DNA of 64,000 nucleotides from a bacterium (GTDB lineage Bacteria; Patescibacteriota; Microgenomatia; Curtissbacterales; GWA2-41-24): NCBI GenBank assembly GCA_021813945.1, contig JAKAJD010000002.1, positions 97,343 to 161,342 of the forward strand, read 5' to 3'. Shown piece by piece: positions 26,836 to 34,458 of this stretch (position 1 is its first letter; each line of letters starts with the position of its first letter). The notes under the pieces were generated by a model. It saw only the letters and a program-made list of their open reading frames with translations, ran no database searches and was not told where the DNA came from. The position numbers and the translations under genes were made by a program.

Positions 26836-27780
26836 GTGAAATTTAAAAAGATTCTTGTAACAGGCTTTTCAAAAGCGGAACTTTCCGAAAAAAGCCAGAA
26901 AGAACTGTCTAAATTATCAGACAATATCGTTTTCTCTGCTTTAGACGATCCGAATTTACCAAAAGAACGAGCAGATGCCGATTGTCTTTTAGCCAAATTT
27001 AATGCCGTCACCAAAGGCGATATCCAAACTTCACCAAACCTTAAATACATCGGCGTGCTTTCAACCGGTTATGGAAAAGTTGATGTTAGCTTTGCAAAAA
27101 ATAAGGGGGTAGTCGTTACAAATGTTCCTGGTTACAGCACAGAATCCGTTGCCGAATTCGTTTTTGCCGCGATCCTGGAAAACCTCAGAGATCTGGAAAG
27201 GGCCAAAAATCAGGCCAGAAAAGGGGATTACTCCGAAGCAAGTTTTAAAGCGGGCGAAATTAAAGGCAAAAACTTTGGAATAATTGGTTTGGGCCGAATC
27301 GGAACACGGGTTGCAAAACTTGCCCAAGGATTTGATGCCAATGTTTCCTATTGGTCGAAAACTAGAAAGAAAAATTTAGAAAAGGCCGGCATCAAATATC
27401 AAAATTTAGAAGATTTAATCTCAGAAGCAGATTTTTTGTCGCTTCATCTTGCTTTAAACAGCCAAACCGAAAATTTCCTAAACCAAAATCTAATTAACAA
27501 AATCAAGTATGGCGCACTCATTATAAACACTGCTCCGATGGAACTTATCGACTTGTCGGCTTTAGAAAAAAGGCTCGATGCCAAAAATATCACATTTATT
27601 TTGGATCATTCCGACGAAATGAAACCTGAAGATCTAAAAAGCCTATCGCAATATAAAAATTGCATAGTTTATCCGCCAATTGCCTACATTTCCGAAGAAG
27701 CAAAAGACGCAAAACAGGAAATTTTTCTGCAAAACATCGAAAATTTCCTCAAAGGCAAACCAACAAACGTCGTAAATTAA
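26836..27780 (+). CDS. D-isomer-specific 2-hydroxyacid dehydrogenase family protein
   Basis: NAD-binding GIIGLGRIGTRVAKLA, catalytic-domain motifs, C-terminal LKGKPTNVVN. GTG start. Confidence 0.85.
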   Translation: MKFKKILVTGFSKAELSEKSQKELSKLSDNIVFSALDDPNLPKERADADCLLAKFNAVTKGDIQTSPNLKYIGVLSTGYGKVDVSFAKNKGVVVTNVPGYSTESVAEFVFAAILENLRDLERAKNQARKGDYSEASFKAGEIKGKNFGIIGLGRIGTRVAKLAQGFDANVSYWSKTRKKNLEKAGIKYQNLEDLISEADFLSLHLALNSQTENFLNQNLINKIKYGALIINTAPMELIDLSALEKRLDAKNITFILDHSDEMKPEDLKSLSQYKNCIVYPPIAYISEEAKDAKQEIFLQNIENFLKGKPTNVVN

Positions 27781-27804
27781 GCTCTCTCTGCCGAGATCAT
27801 ATTT

Positions 27805-27833
27805 TTGACTTAGCATTCAAAAAGTATTAGAAT
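27805..27833 (+). promoter_or_regulatory. sigma70-type promoter TTGACT-N17-TAGAAT
   Basis: Read directly. Overlaps the TTG start used by the ORF track for the next ORF, which favours the downstream ATG 27897. Confidence 0.45.
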
Positions 27834-27896
27834 CGGTTGGTTCAATTCAAACCCGCCTTGGGGAAGATTGATTTTTTACTTTTAAAAGAGACGAGC

Positions 27897-28181
27897 ATGC
27901 CAATTGAAGCAGTGCACGATAGAGTACCCGAAGTTCAACAAACTGAACCCAAAGTTATTACTGTTATTAGATTTAAACTTCCATCAGCACTGGCACGCGA
28001 CGGTTTGGCCGAGTATTTCGAGAATCTAAGAATAAATACAATAATCAACGATGATCCCGAAGAACTTGGTGCAGTCCGTGTTTCACTACCGCTCCCGGTA
28101 GCCTCAATTGTCGAGACAATACCTCTTAAAGCACTTGGGGGAACAATTATATTACTAGAGTCCCAATCACCCGGAGAATAA
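27897..28181 (+). CDS. hypothetical protein (94 aa from ATG 27897)
   Basis: ORF in the dehydrogenase cluster. No family recognised. Start chosen downstream of the predicted promoter. Confidence 0.4.
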   Translation: MPIEAVHDRVPEVQQTEPKVITVIRFKLPSALARDGLAEYFENLRINTIINDDPEELGAVRVSLPLPVASIVETIPLKALGGTIILLESQSPGE

Positions 28182-28200
28182 TATTCTCGCAAATCCCATT

Positions 28201-28209
28201 TGCTATAAT
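28201..28209 (+). promoter_or_regulatory. extended -10 element TGCTATAAT, 6 nt upstream of ridA ATG 28216
   Basis: TGnTATAAT consensus, same spacing as at 26821. Confidence 0.5.
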
Positions 28210-28215
28210 TTTGTC

Positions 28216-28557
28216 ATGGCAACTTTACCATTTTCTCCATTTAGAAAAGAAAACGGATTTATTTTTACATCCGGTCAGGTCTACTTAACGCCGGAAGGGA
28301 AACTTTTAGAAGGAACGATTGCGGATCAGACTCATCAGGTAATGGCAAATTTAAAAAATGTTTTAGAAAAGGCCGGAGTTACTTTTAAAGATGTCGTAAA
28401 AGCCACAGTTTATATAACAGATATGGCTTTGTATTCCGAAGTCAGCGAAATCTACGGGACTTATTTTGAAGAGCCATTCCCGGCACGCGAAATGGTTTGT
28501 GTTAAAGAGCTTCCTCTTGGAGCAAAGTTGGAAATCAGCCTCGTCGCAAAAGTCTAA
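28216..28557 (+). CDS. ridA: RidA/YjgF/TdcF family reactive-intermediate deaminase
   Basis: 113 aa. GQVYLTPEGKLLEGTIADQTHQVMANLKNVLEKAG...ATVYITDMALYSEVSEIYGTYF...PAREMVCVKELPLGAKLEI is classic for the family. Confidence 0.85.
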   Translation: MATLPFSPFRKENGFIFTSGQVYLTPEGKLLEGTIADQTHQVMANLKNVLEKAGVTFKDVVKATVYITDMALYSEVSEIYGTYFEEPFPAREMVCVKELPLGAKLEISLVAKV

Positions 28558-28567
28558 ACACCGATTT

Positions 28568-28576
28568 TGCTATACT
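28568..28576 (+). promoter_or_regulatory. extended -10 element TGCTATACT, 7 nt upstream of ATG 28584. Part of an 18-nt block (TTTTGCTATACTTTTTCC) duplicated at 29868-29885
   Basis: Direct reading. Identical 18-mer upstream of two different genes. Confidence 0.5.
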
Positions 28577-28583
28577 TTTTCCA

Positions 28584-29519
28584 ATGAAAATTGTAATCAC
28601 CGATAAGATTAACCTTGATCAGGAAGGAAGAAAAAAACTGGAACAAATCCCCGGCGTAGAAATTTACGACGATGTCCCAACCAAAGAGCAAATAATCGAT
28701 CGAGTTAAAGATGCTGATATCGCTACTGCTTGGTACATTGATTTCACCCGCGAAATTATAGAAGCAACAACCAATTTAAAGTACATTATTGTTCCCGCTG
28801 TTGGAACGGACTGGATCGATCACAAAACCGCAGGTGAAAAAGGCATAAAAATCTTGAACTGCCCCACCTTTAACTCTCAAGCCGTAGCCGAACATGCAAT
28901 AGCTCTAATGTTTGCTATAAAACGACAGATTGTTGCAGCAAACTTAGCAATCCTTAATGGTAGTTTTAACTCAAAAGATTTTGAAGGCACAGAAGTAAAA
29001 GGGAAATCTCTTGTTACATACGGATTTGGAAATGTTGGCAAAAAAGTAATCGAATTAGCAACAGGTCTTGGGATGCAAACTGGGTATATAAACACAAAAA
29101 CGTCGGAAGAAGATACAAACGATCTTTTTAAAAAAGCAGACGTCCTCGTAATGTGTTTAACTCTAAACGAGCATACAAACAAAATACTAGACGCCGGCAA
29201 AATTTCACTTTTGAAAAAAGATGCTGTGGTAATCAACGTTGCTAGGGGCGAAGTTATTGATCAAGACGCATTTTACAAAGCTCTGACAGAAGAAAAAATT
29301 GCCGGTGCCGGAATCGATACATTCCCAAATGACACAACAATTGCGACATCTAGTAAGGCCACATCGGAAATTTTAAAATTTGCAAAGCTTCCAAATGTTG
29401 TTGCAACACCTCACATGGGTTTCAAAACAAAAGAATCGATGCAAAGGTTAGGGAAAGAGTTAATAGAAGACATCGAAAGTTGTCTAGAAGGCAAACCAAT
29501 AAACGTCGTAAACTCATAA
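28584..29519 (+). CDS. D-isomer-specific 2-hydroxyacid dehydrogenase family protein (second paralogue)
   Basis: NAD-binding TYGFGNVGKKVIELA, LEGKPINVVN C-terminus. About 30% identical to the 26836 paralogue by eye. Confidence 0.85.
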   Translation: MKIVITDKINLDQEGRKKLEQIPGVEIYDDVPTKEQIIDRVKDADIATAWYIDFTREIIEATTNLKYIIVPAVGTDWIDHKTAGEKGIKILNCPTFNSQAVAEHAIALMFAIKRQIVAANLAILNGSFNSKDFEGTEVKGKSLVTYGFGNVGKKVIELATGLGMQTGYINTKTSEEDTNDLFKKADVLVMCLTLNEHTNKILDAGKISLLKKDAVVINVARGEVIDQDAFYKALTEEKIAGAGIDTFPNDTTIATSSKATSEILKFAKLPNVVATPHMGFKTKESMQRLGKELIEDIESCLEGKPINVVNS

Positions 29520-29568
29520 ACTCCTCACATTTGACTTAAAAAATTCCAAAGGTTAACATTTGCAATAA

Positions 29569-29847
29569 ATGAAGGGGCCAGAAAGATCATCAAGAACTCT
29601 TAGGACAAAAGCAGCTTTTGCTGCAGGAGCTGCGGCACTGAGTGAATTCGCAAGGCAAAGAGAAGATGTCCTTCCGTATTTAGAAACCGGAATTTTAATA
29701 AATGCTGGATTTAGGGCTAGGATTGGCTCATTTTTCTCCCGAGAAATAGAAGTTGTTAGCCGTATGCGAAAAAAGGAAATTGCAATGACAGCCCTAAAAG
29801 CCGGCGCAGTAACTGTCGCTATGGAATTATTGTCCTCGGAAAAATAA
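29569..29847 (+). CDS. hypothetical small protein (92 aa), coding status uncertain
   Basis: Plus-strand ORF preceded by TTGACT-N17-TAACAT (29531-29559), 9 nt before its ATG. Fully overlapped by an antisense ORF (29553-29855). Region is locally GC-rich. Confidence 0.35.
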   Translation: MKGPERSSRTLRTKAAFAAGAAALSEFARQREDVLPYLETGILINAGFRARIGSFFSREIEVVSRMRKKEIAMTALKAGAVTVAMELLSSEK

Positions 29848-29871
29848 ATTCCCAAATCAATATCCAGTTTT

Positions 29872-29880
29872 TGCTATACT
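29872..29880 (+). promoter_or_regulatory. extended -10 element TGCTATACT, 6 nt upstream of ATG 29887 (second copy of the duplicated promoter block)
   Basis: Direct reading. See 28568. Confidence 0.5.
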
Positions 29881-29886
29881 TTTTCC

Positions 29887-30258
29887 ATGGGCTCCATAGT
29901 CGAACTCAACGACACGCTTCAAATTACGTCGGAACAAGGCTTTCCAATAGAATTGGATTTTGAAAAACATCGAAAAGAACCTTTCAAAGTAGAAGATTTT
30001 GAAGGTCAAGTTTTCGAATTTCACGACAAATCCGGCGTTAGAATTTATCAGCTTCCTCCGGTTAGAAATTTTTTAGTCCACAACATAAATGGTAAATGGC
30101 TTTATTGGGGTTTAGTCCACATTCTGCAAACTACTTGCGATTACCAAAATAAAACAACATCCGGAAAATTCAAAATTATCTATATTTATTCCCTGGAAGA
30201 AATGCAAAAAGCCCACGAACTAACAGATCGGGACAAAAAAACCGATTTTTTCAAATAA
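29887..30258 (+). CDS. hypothetical protein (123 aa)
   Basis: Clean ORF. No family recognised. Confidence 0.5.
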   Translation: MGSIVELNDTLQITSEQGFPIELDFEKHRKEPFKVEDFEGQVFEFHDKSGVRIYQLPPVRNFLVHNINGKWLYWGLVHILQTTCDYQNKTTSGKFKIIYIYSLEEMQKAHELTDRDKKTDFFK

Positions 30259-30260
30259 CT

Positions 30261-30827
30261 ATGTCAAAAGTAATCTGTATTTTTGGAGCCAGCATTACTT
30301 GGGGTGCGTGGGATAAAGAGCTTGGCGGTTGGGCAAACCGGCTCAGGATCTATTTCGACAGGCAGCCTGATCCACAAGTCCGTGTTTATAATCTTGGAAT
30401 TTCTGGCGATAAAACCAAAGATCTTCTAAAACGTTTTGACGCGGAAGCCAAAGCCAGAAAACCGGATGTAATAATTCTGGCAATTGGAACAAACGACAGC
30501 AGACACGATACTCATCCAAGTGGAACTCCGGCTAAAGAATTTGAAAAACAATACAACGATTTAATTTTAAAAGCTAAAAAATTCACAAATAACGTTTTAA
30601 TTTTCGCAGTCACAAACGTAGACGATTACAACGAAAAAGGTTACAAAAACGAATCCATTGAGGCTGTAAACGGCATAATCCAAAAATTGGCTAAAAAACA
30701 AAACCTTCCGTTTATCGACCTTTTTGGAATTTTATCTATCGACGAATTTGAAGATGGGCTTCACCCCAATGCTAAAGGCCACCAGAAAATTTTCGAAAAA
30801 GCAAAAGAGGCGCTAGCAAGTTTGTAA
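30261..30827 (+). CDS. SGNH/GDSL hydrolase family protein (cytoplasmic)
   Basis: Block I ICIFGASITWG (catalytic Ser), block III GTND, block V DGLHPN (Asp-x-x-His). Confidence 0.8.
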   Translation: MSKVICIFGASITWGAWDKELGGWANRLRIYFDRQPDPQVRVYNLGISGDKTKDLLKRFDAEAKARKPDVIILAIGTNDSRHDTHPSGTPAKEFEKQYNDLILKAKKFTNNVLIFAVTNVDDYNEKGYKNESIEAVNGIIQKLAKKQNLPFIDLFGILSIDEFEDGLHPNAKGHQKIFEKAKEALASL

Positions 30828-30851
30828 ATTGCTGAAAATGCGAAAAGACCT

Positions 30852-31961
30852 TCAGCTGCTCTTTCCGCCCTGTATTGCCTGAATTATCGGTACAATCTTC
30901 TCAAACAACCTGTCGGCAGCTAGTCTGTGCACATATTCATTCGGGTGCGGATCAAAATTGCTAGCCCACAAACTTCTTGCATTTTTATTTTTCAAATCGC
31001 CAATTAAATCAACAGTGCTAACGCCGCTGTCGGCAAAAAATTTGTCCAAATTTTGGTGTATATCGTAAGCAGGATAATTAGGTCCTATCAAAGCAAAATA
31101 TGGAAAAATCACCGTAACGGCAGTAACATGATCGCCCTTAAGCTGTGAAAGAAAGCTTGTCATATCTTGAAAGTGCCTTTCCGACTTACTAGAATTTCGG
31201 TAAGAATCAAGATCAACCTGGCCCAATTCATTGACTGCTTTCTGATGTGCCGAAGTGAATCTCCAATAAACGTAATCCAAAAAGTACGAAAAATTAGACA
31301 TTGCTTCCAATACCTTCGCCCTCTGGCTACCTCTTTCAAGAATTGCCGTACCCGCTGTTTTTTGTCCGCCAGCGTCTTCAATATCATTTAAGAAATATTC
31401 CCAAACCAAAATATCGAAATGCAAATCCTTGACACCGTTGTAAGTTTGAATTTCCCCGTATGTGTCGTAACCGGGAATTGCAAAGTTTATAACCTGAACT
31501 TTATATCCGGCAGCATTTAATTTTTTCTCTAAAAGGTCCGAAAATCGGTTTGCAGGGTCTTTTATACCAGCCCCAAATGCCAGCGAATCACCCATTACCC
31601 CGATTCTTATAGTGTCTGCTGGCTTTTCAAAATTGAATGGTTTTGTTCGAAAAAAATATTGTTTGTAATTTGTGTAGACAACATGACGCTGCATCCATTT
31701 TTCGTTGACTTTCAAAAAACCTAAGGTGTCGGTTTTGTCATAGACATATCGGAAGTAAGCTTCAAAAGACGAAAAAATTAAGATAAAAACTAAAATAGAA
31801 AAGCCTAGCCCTAGAAAAACTTTATGAAAAGTCTTTTTATCTTTCGCTTTGTATACCAAATAAATGGTGCCAGCAAAGATTAAAAATGAAAAAAGAAGAA
31901 GTCCAAGATATGGAGCAAAATCTTTTAGAACATAAACTAAGCGGCCAAGCAAAACCGGCAT
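30852..31961 (-). CDS. membrane-anchored SGNH hydrolase family protein
   Basis: Two N-terminal TM helices. Then IGVMGDSLAFGAG (GDS block) and a C-terminal DPHPNEYVH block (D-x-x-H). Confidence 0.7.
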   Translation of the reverse strand: MPVLLGRLVYVLKDFAPYLGLLLFSFLIFAGTIYLVYKAKDKKTFHKVFLGLGFSILVFILIFSSFEAYFRYVYDKTDTLGFLKVNEKWMQRHVVYTNYKQYFFRTKPFNFEKPADTIRIGVMGDSLAFGAGIKDPANRFSDLLEKKLNAAGYKVQVINFAIPGYDTYGEIQTYNGVKDLHFDILVWEYFLNDIEDAGGQKTAGTAILERGSQRAKVLEAMSNFSYFLDYVYWRFTSAHQKAVNELGQVDLDSYRNSSKSERHFQDMTSFLSQLKGDHVTAVTVIFPYFALIGPNYPAYDIHQNLDKFFADSGVSTVDLIGDLKNKNARSLWASNFDPHPNEYVHRLAADRLFEKIVPIIQAIQGGKSS

Positions 31962-32049
31962 GGACTTAAATTAAACTATAAATTTAAAATCTAAACAATC
32001 GACAAATCGCAGCTTGGTTTTTAAGCTCTTACATGTTTAAATTACATGC

Positions 32050-32280
32050 ATGGATTTTCTAAAAAAGCTCTGGCGCGCATGGCTTAAAATTGCCAAACCC
32101 ATCGGCAATTTCCAGTCGCAAGTAATTCTGAGCATTTTTTACATTATCATTCTTTCCCCACTTGTAATTTACTTTAAAATCACAGATCCGTTAACGATCA
32201 AATCAAAACCTAAGCGGTCAAACTTCTCGCCCTGGAATCACCCCAAAGAAACCCTCCAAGAAGCCAGGAGACAATACTAA
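32050..32280 (+). CDS. small single-TM membrane protein translationally coupled (TAATG) to the carbamoyltransferase
   Basis: 76-aa ORF with one TM helix. Its stop overlaps the carbamoyltransferase start. Confidence 0.5.
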   Translation: MDFLKKLWRAWLKIAKPIGNFQSQVILSIFYIIILSPLVIYFKITDPLTIKSKPKRSNFSPWNHPKETLQEARRQY

Positions 32281-34097
32281 TGTACATTCTCGGTGTCTCC
32301 TGTTTTTACCACGAATCTGCAGCAGCTCTTATCAAAGATGGAAAAGTTGTTGCAGCATCTGCAGAAGAAAGGTTTTCCAGAAAAAAACATGACGATGGAT
32401 TTCCAAAACTGGCTATCGAATTTTGCCTCGAATTTGCCGGCATAAAAATAGAAGATGTGGATCATGTTGTTTTTTACGAAAAACCTTTTTGGAAATTTCA
32501 GCGCATTATTGCCTCAACTCTCGAGTCTTATCCTTCAGCCTTTCGCCTTTTCGCAAAGGCCATGTCAGTTTGGCTACTCGACAAACTTTGGGTCCGCTCA
32601 ATTATCATGGATGAGCTTAAAATTGACCCCAAAAAAATTCTTTTTGTTCCCCACCACATTTCCCACGCCGCCTCAGCTTTTTATGCATCCGGTTTTGATA
32701 AAGCAACAATTATCACTCTGGATGGAGTCGGTGAATGGACAACTACAACATACGGAATTGGAAATGGCAAGGAACTGACTCTCGAAAAACAGATAACTTT
32801 TCCTCACAGTCTAGGTCTTTTATATTCGGTCTTCACAGCTTTTCTGGGGTTTGAGGTCAACGACGGCGAATACAAAGTTATGGGTATGGCACCCTACGGC
32901 AAGCCTAAATATCTGGATAAAGTAAAAAAGCTTGTAAAAATTTATCCCGACGGGTCATATGAGCTGAAAATGGAATATTTCACCTATCATAAATCAGAAC
33001 ACAGATCTTACAACTCGAAATTTACGCAGCTTTTTGGAAAACCCCGACCAAAAGATTTGTATTTTTTTACAAAAGCTTCAGGTTTTCCTAGTTATTTTGG
33101 TGAAAAACCCAAAAATTACAGTGAGCTTTGCGAGCTCAATCAAAAGTATGCCGATATTGCCGCATCGATCCAAGCTTTCACGGAAGAAGTTTTACTGAAT
33201 CTGACACGAGCAGTTTATAAAAAAACCAAAACGGAAAACCTTTGTATTGCAGGGGGAGTTGGTCTCAATAGTGTCGCCAACGGTATGCTTTTGAAAAAAG
33301 GCCCGTTTAAGCGGATTTTTGTTCAACCCGCAGCGGGCGACGATGGCGGTTCACTTGGTGCTGCGCTTTATGCTTACCATTCAGTCCTTGGTAAACCTCG
33401 TGGGTGGAAACAGACAAATTGTTACTTTGGCAAATCGTATTCCTCTAGCGAAATAGAAAATTTTCTAAAGCGAAACCAAATAAAACATAAAAAAATCTCA
33501 AATGAAACCACATTGGTCGACTTTTTAGCTAAATCCTTAAAAAATGGCAAGGTAATCGGCTTTTTCCACGACCGCTTCGAATGGGGTCCCAGGGCCCTTG
33601 GCGCAAGATCAATAATGGCGGACCCAAGGCGCGAGGAGATGAAAGAAGTCGTCAATACGAAAATCAAATTCCGTGAACCCTATCGCCCATTTGCCCCGGT
33701 AACCTTAGCCGAAAAAGCCAATCAGTATTTCGACCTTGGAAAGCTCGAACATCAATATCTCACAAATTACATGCTGGGTGTTTTTCCGGTAAAAAAAGAA
33801 AAAAGAAGAATTATTCCGGCAGTAACGCATGTCGACGGATCCGGTCGCCTTCAAATCATCACCAGGTCTCAAAACGCCAGATATTACAACATAGTCAAGC
33901 GCTTTGGCGAACTTACGGGCGTTTATGTTTTGATGAACACATCTTTTAATCTAAAAGGCGAACCCATTGTCGGCTCACCGCAAGAAGCGTTTAGCACCTT
34001 TGTCAGGTCAGGCCTGGATGTTCTAGCTCTTGAAAATTTTATCGTTGAAAAAAAAGATATTTCTGAAAAATCGTTTGCAAATCTTAAAAAACTTTGA
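32280..34097 (+). CDS. carbamoyltransferase (NodU/CmcH/HypF-like O-carbamoyltransferase family)
   Basis: N-terminal YqgF/Kae1-like domain (ILGVSCFYHESAAALIKDGKVVAASAEERFSRKKHDDGFP), a conserved HH pair (VPHHISHAA), C-terminal carbamoyltransferase domain (FHDRFEWGPRALGARSI ... NTSFNLKGEPIV). Confidence 0.9.
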   Translation: MYILGVSCFYHESAAALIKDGKVVAASAEERFSRKKHDDGFPKLAIEFCLEFAGIKIEDVDHVVFYEKPFWKFQRIIASTLESYPSAFRLFAKAMSVWLLDKLWVRSIIMDELKIDPKKILFVPHHISHAASAFYASGFDKATIITLDGVGEWTTTTYGIGNGKELTLEKQITFPHSLGLLYSVFTAFLGFEVNDGEYKVMGMAPYGKPKYLDKVKKLVKIYPDGSYELKMEYFTYHKSEHRSYNSKFTQLFGKPRPKDLYFFTKASGFPSYFGEKPKNYSELCELNQKYADIAASIQAFTEEVLLNLTRAVYKKTKTENLCIAGGVGLNSVANGMLLKKGPFKRIFVQPAAGDDGGSLGAALYAYHSVLGKPRGWKQTNCYFGKSYSSSEIENFLKRNQIKHKKISNETTLVDFLAKSLKNGKVIGFFHDRFEWGPRALGARSIMADPRREEMKEVVNTKIKFREPYRPFAPVTLAEKANQYFDLGKLEHQYLTNYMLGVFPVKKEKRRIIPAVTHVDGSGRLQIITRSQNARYYNIVKRFGELTGVYVLMNTSFNLKGEPIVGSPQEAFSTFVRSGLDVLALENFIVEKKDISEKSFANLKKL

Positions 34098-34110
34098 TAA
34101 TTTAGACAAA

Positions 34111-34290
34111 ATGAGATTTCTAAAAAGCTTTTTCTCCCGAAGCGGAGAAGCAAGGGATTTAATGGTTTTTCTTTGGAAAGCCAAACTTTGGTTTTTAATA
34201 CCCTTTGTCGTTATCCTTATTGTTTTTGGCCTGGTTCTGATTTTCGCTCAAGCATCAGGCGTTAGCCCCTTTATTTACACACTTTTTTAA
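34111..34290 (+). CDS. small single-TM membrane protein (59 aa) immediately downstream of the carbamoyltransferase
   Basis: ATG at 34111. Positively charged N-terminus, then one TM helix (LWFLIPFVVILIVFGLVLIFA). Confidence 0.4.
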   Translation: MRFLKSFFSRSGEARDLMVFLWKAKLWFLIPFVVILIVFGLVLIFAQASGVSPFIYTLF

Positions 34291-34357
34291 ATCTGCCCCG
34301 TTTGACTAGCTAAAAACTTTCTGTTAGAATTCGCAAAGATTAATCTTTTGGTTTTGA

Positions 34358-34379
34358 AATTGGATAAGGCGCTGTTTGC
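34358..34379 (+). terminator. intrinsic terminator-like hairpin GGCGC-TGTTT-GCGCC followed by T7, in the nusA upstream region
   Basis: 5-bp all-GC stem plus U-run. Lies downstream of a TTGACT-N17-TAGAAT promoter-like sequence (34307-34335) and upstream of nusA. Confidence 0.45.
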
Positions 34380-34458
34380 GCCTTTTTTTGAATTAACAAA
34401 AATCCAATTTAAATCTGGCTTGCCAGTTTAGATTAATTAATATTGAGAAAAGGAATAT

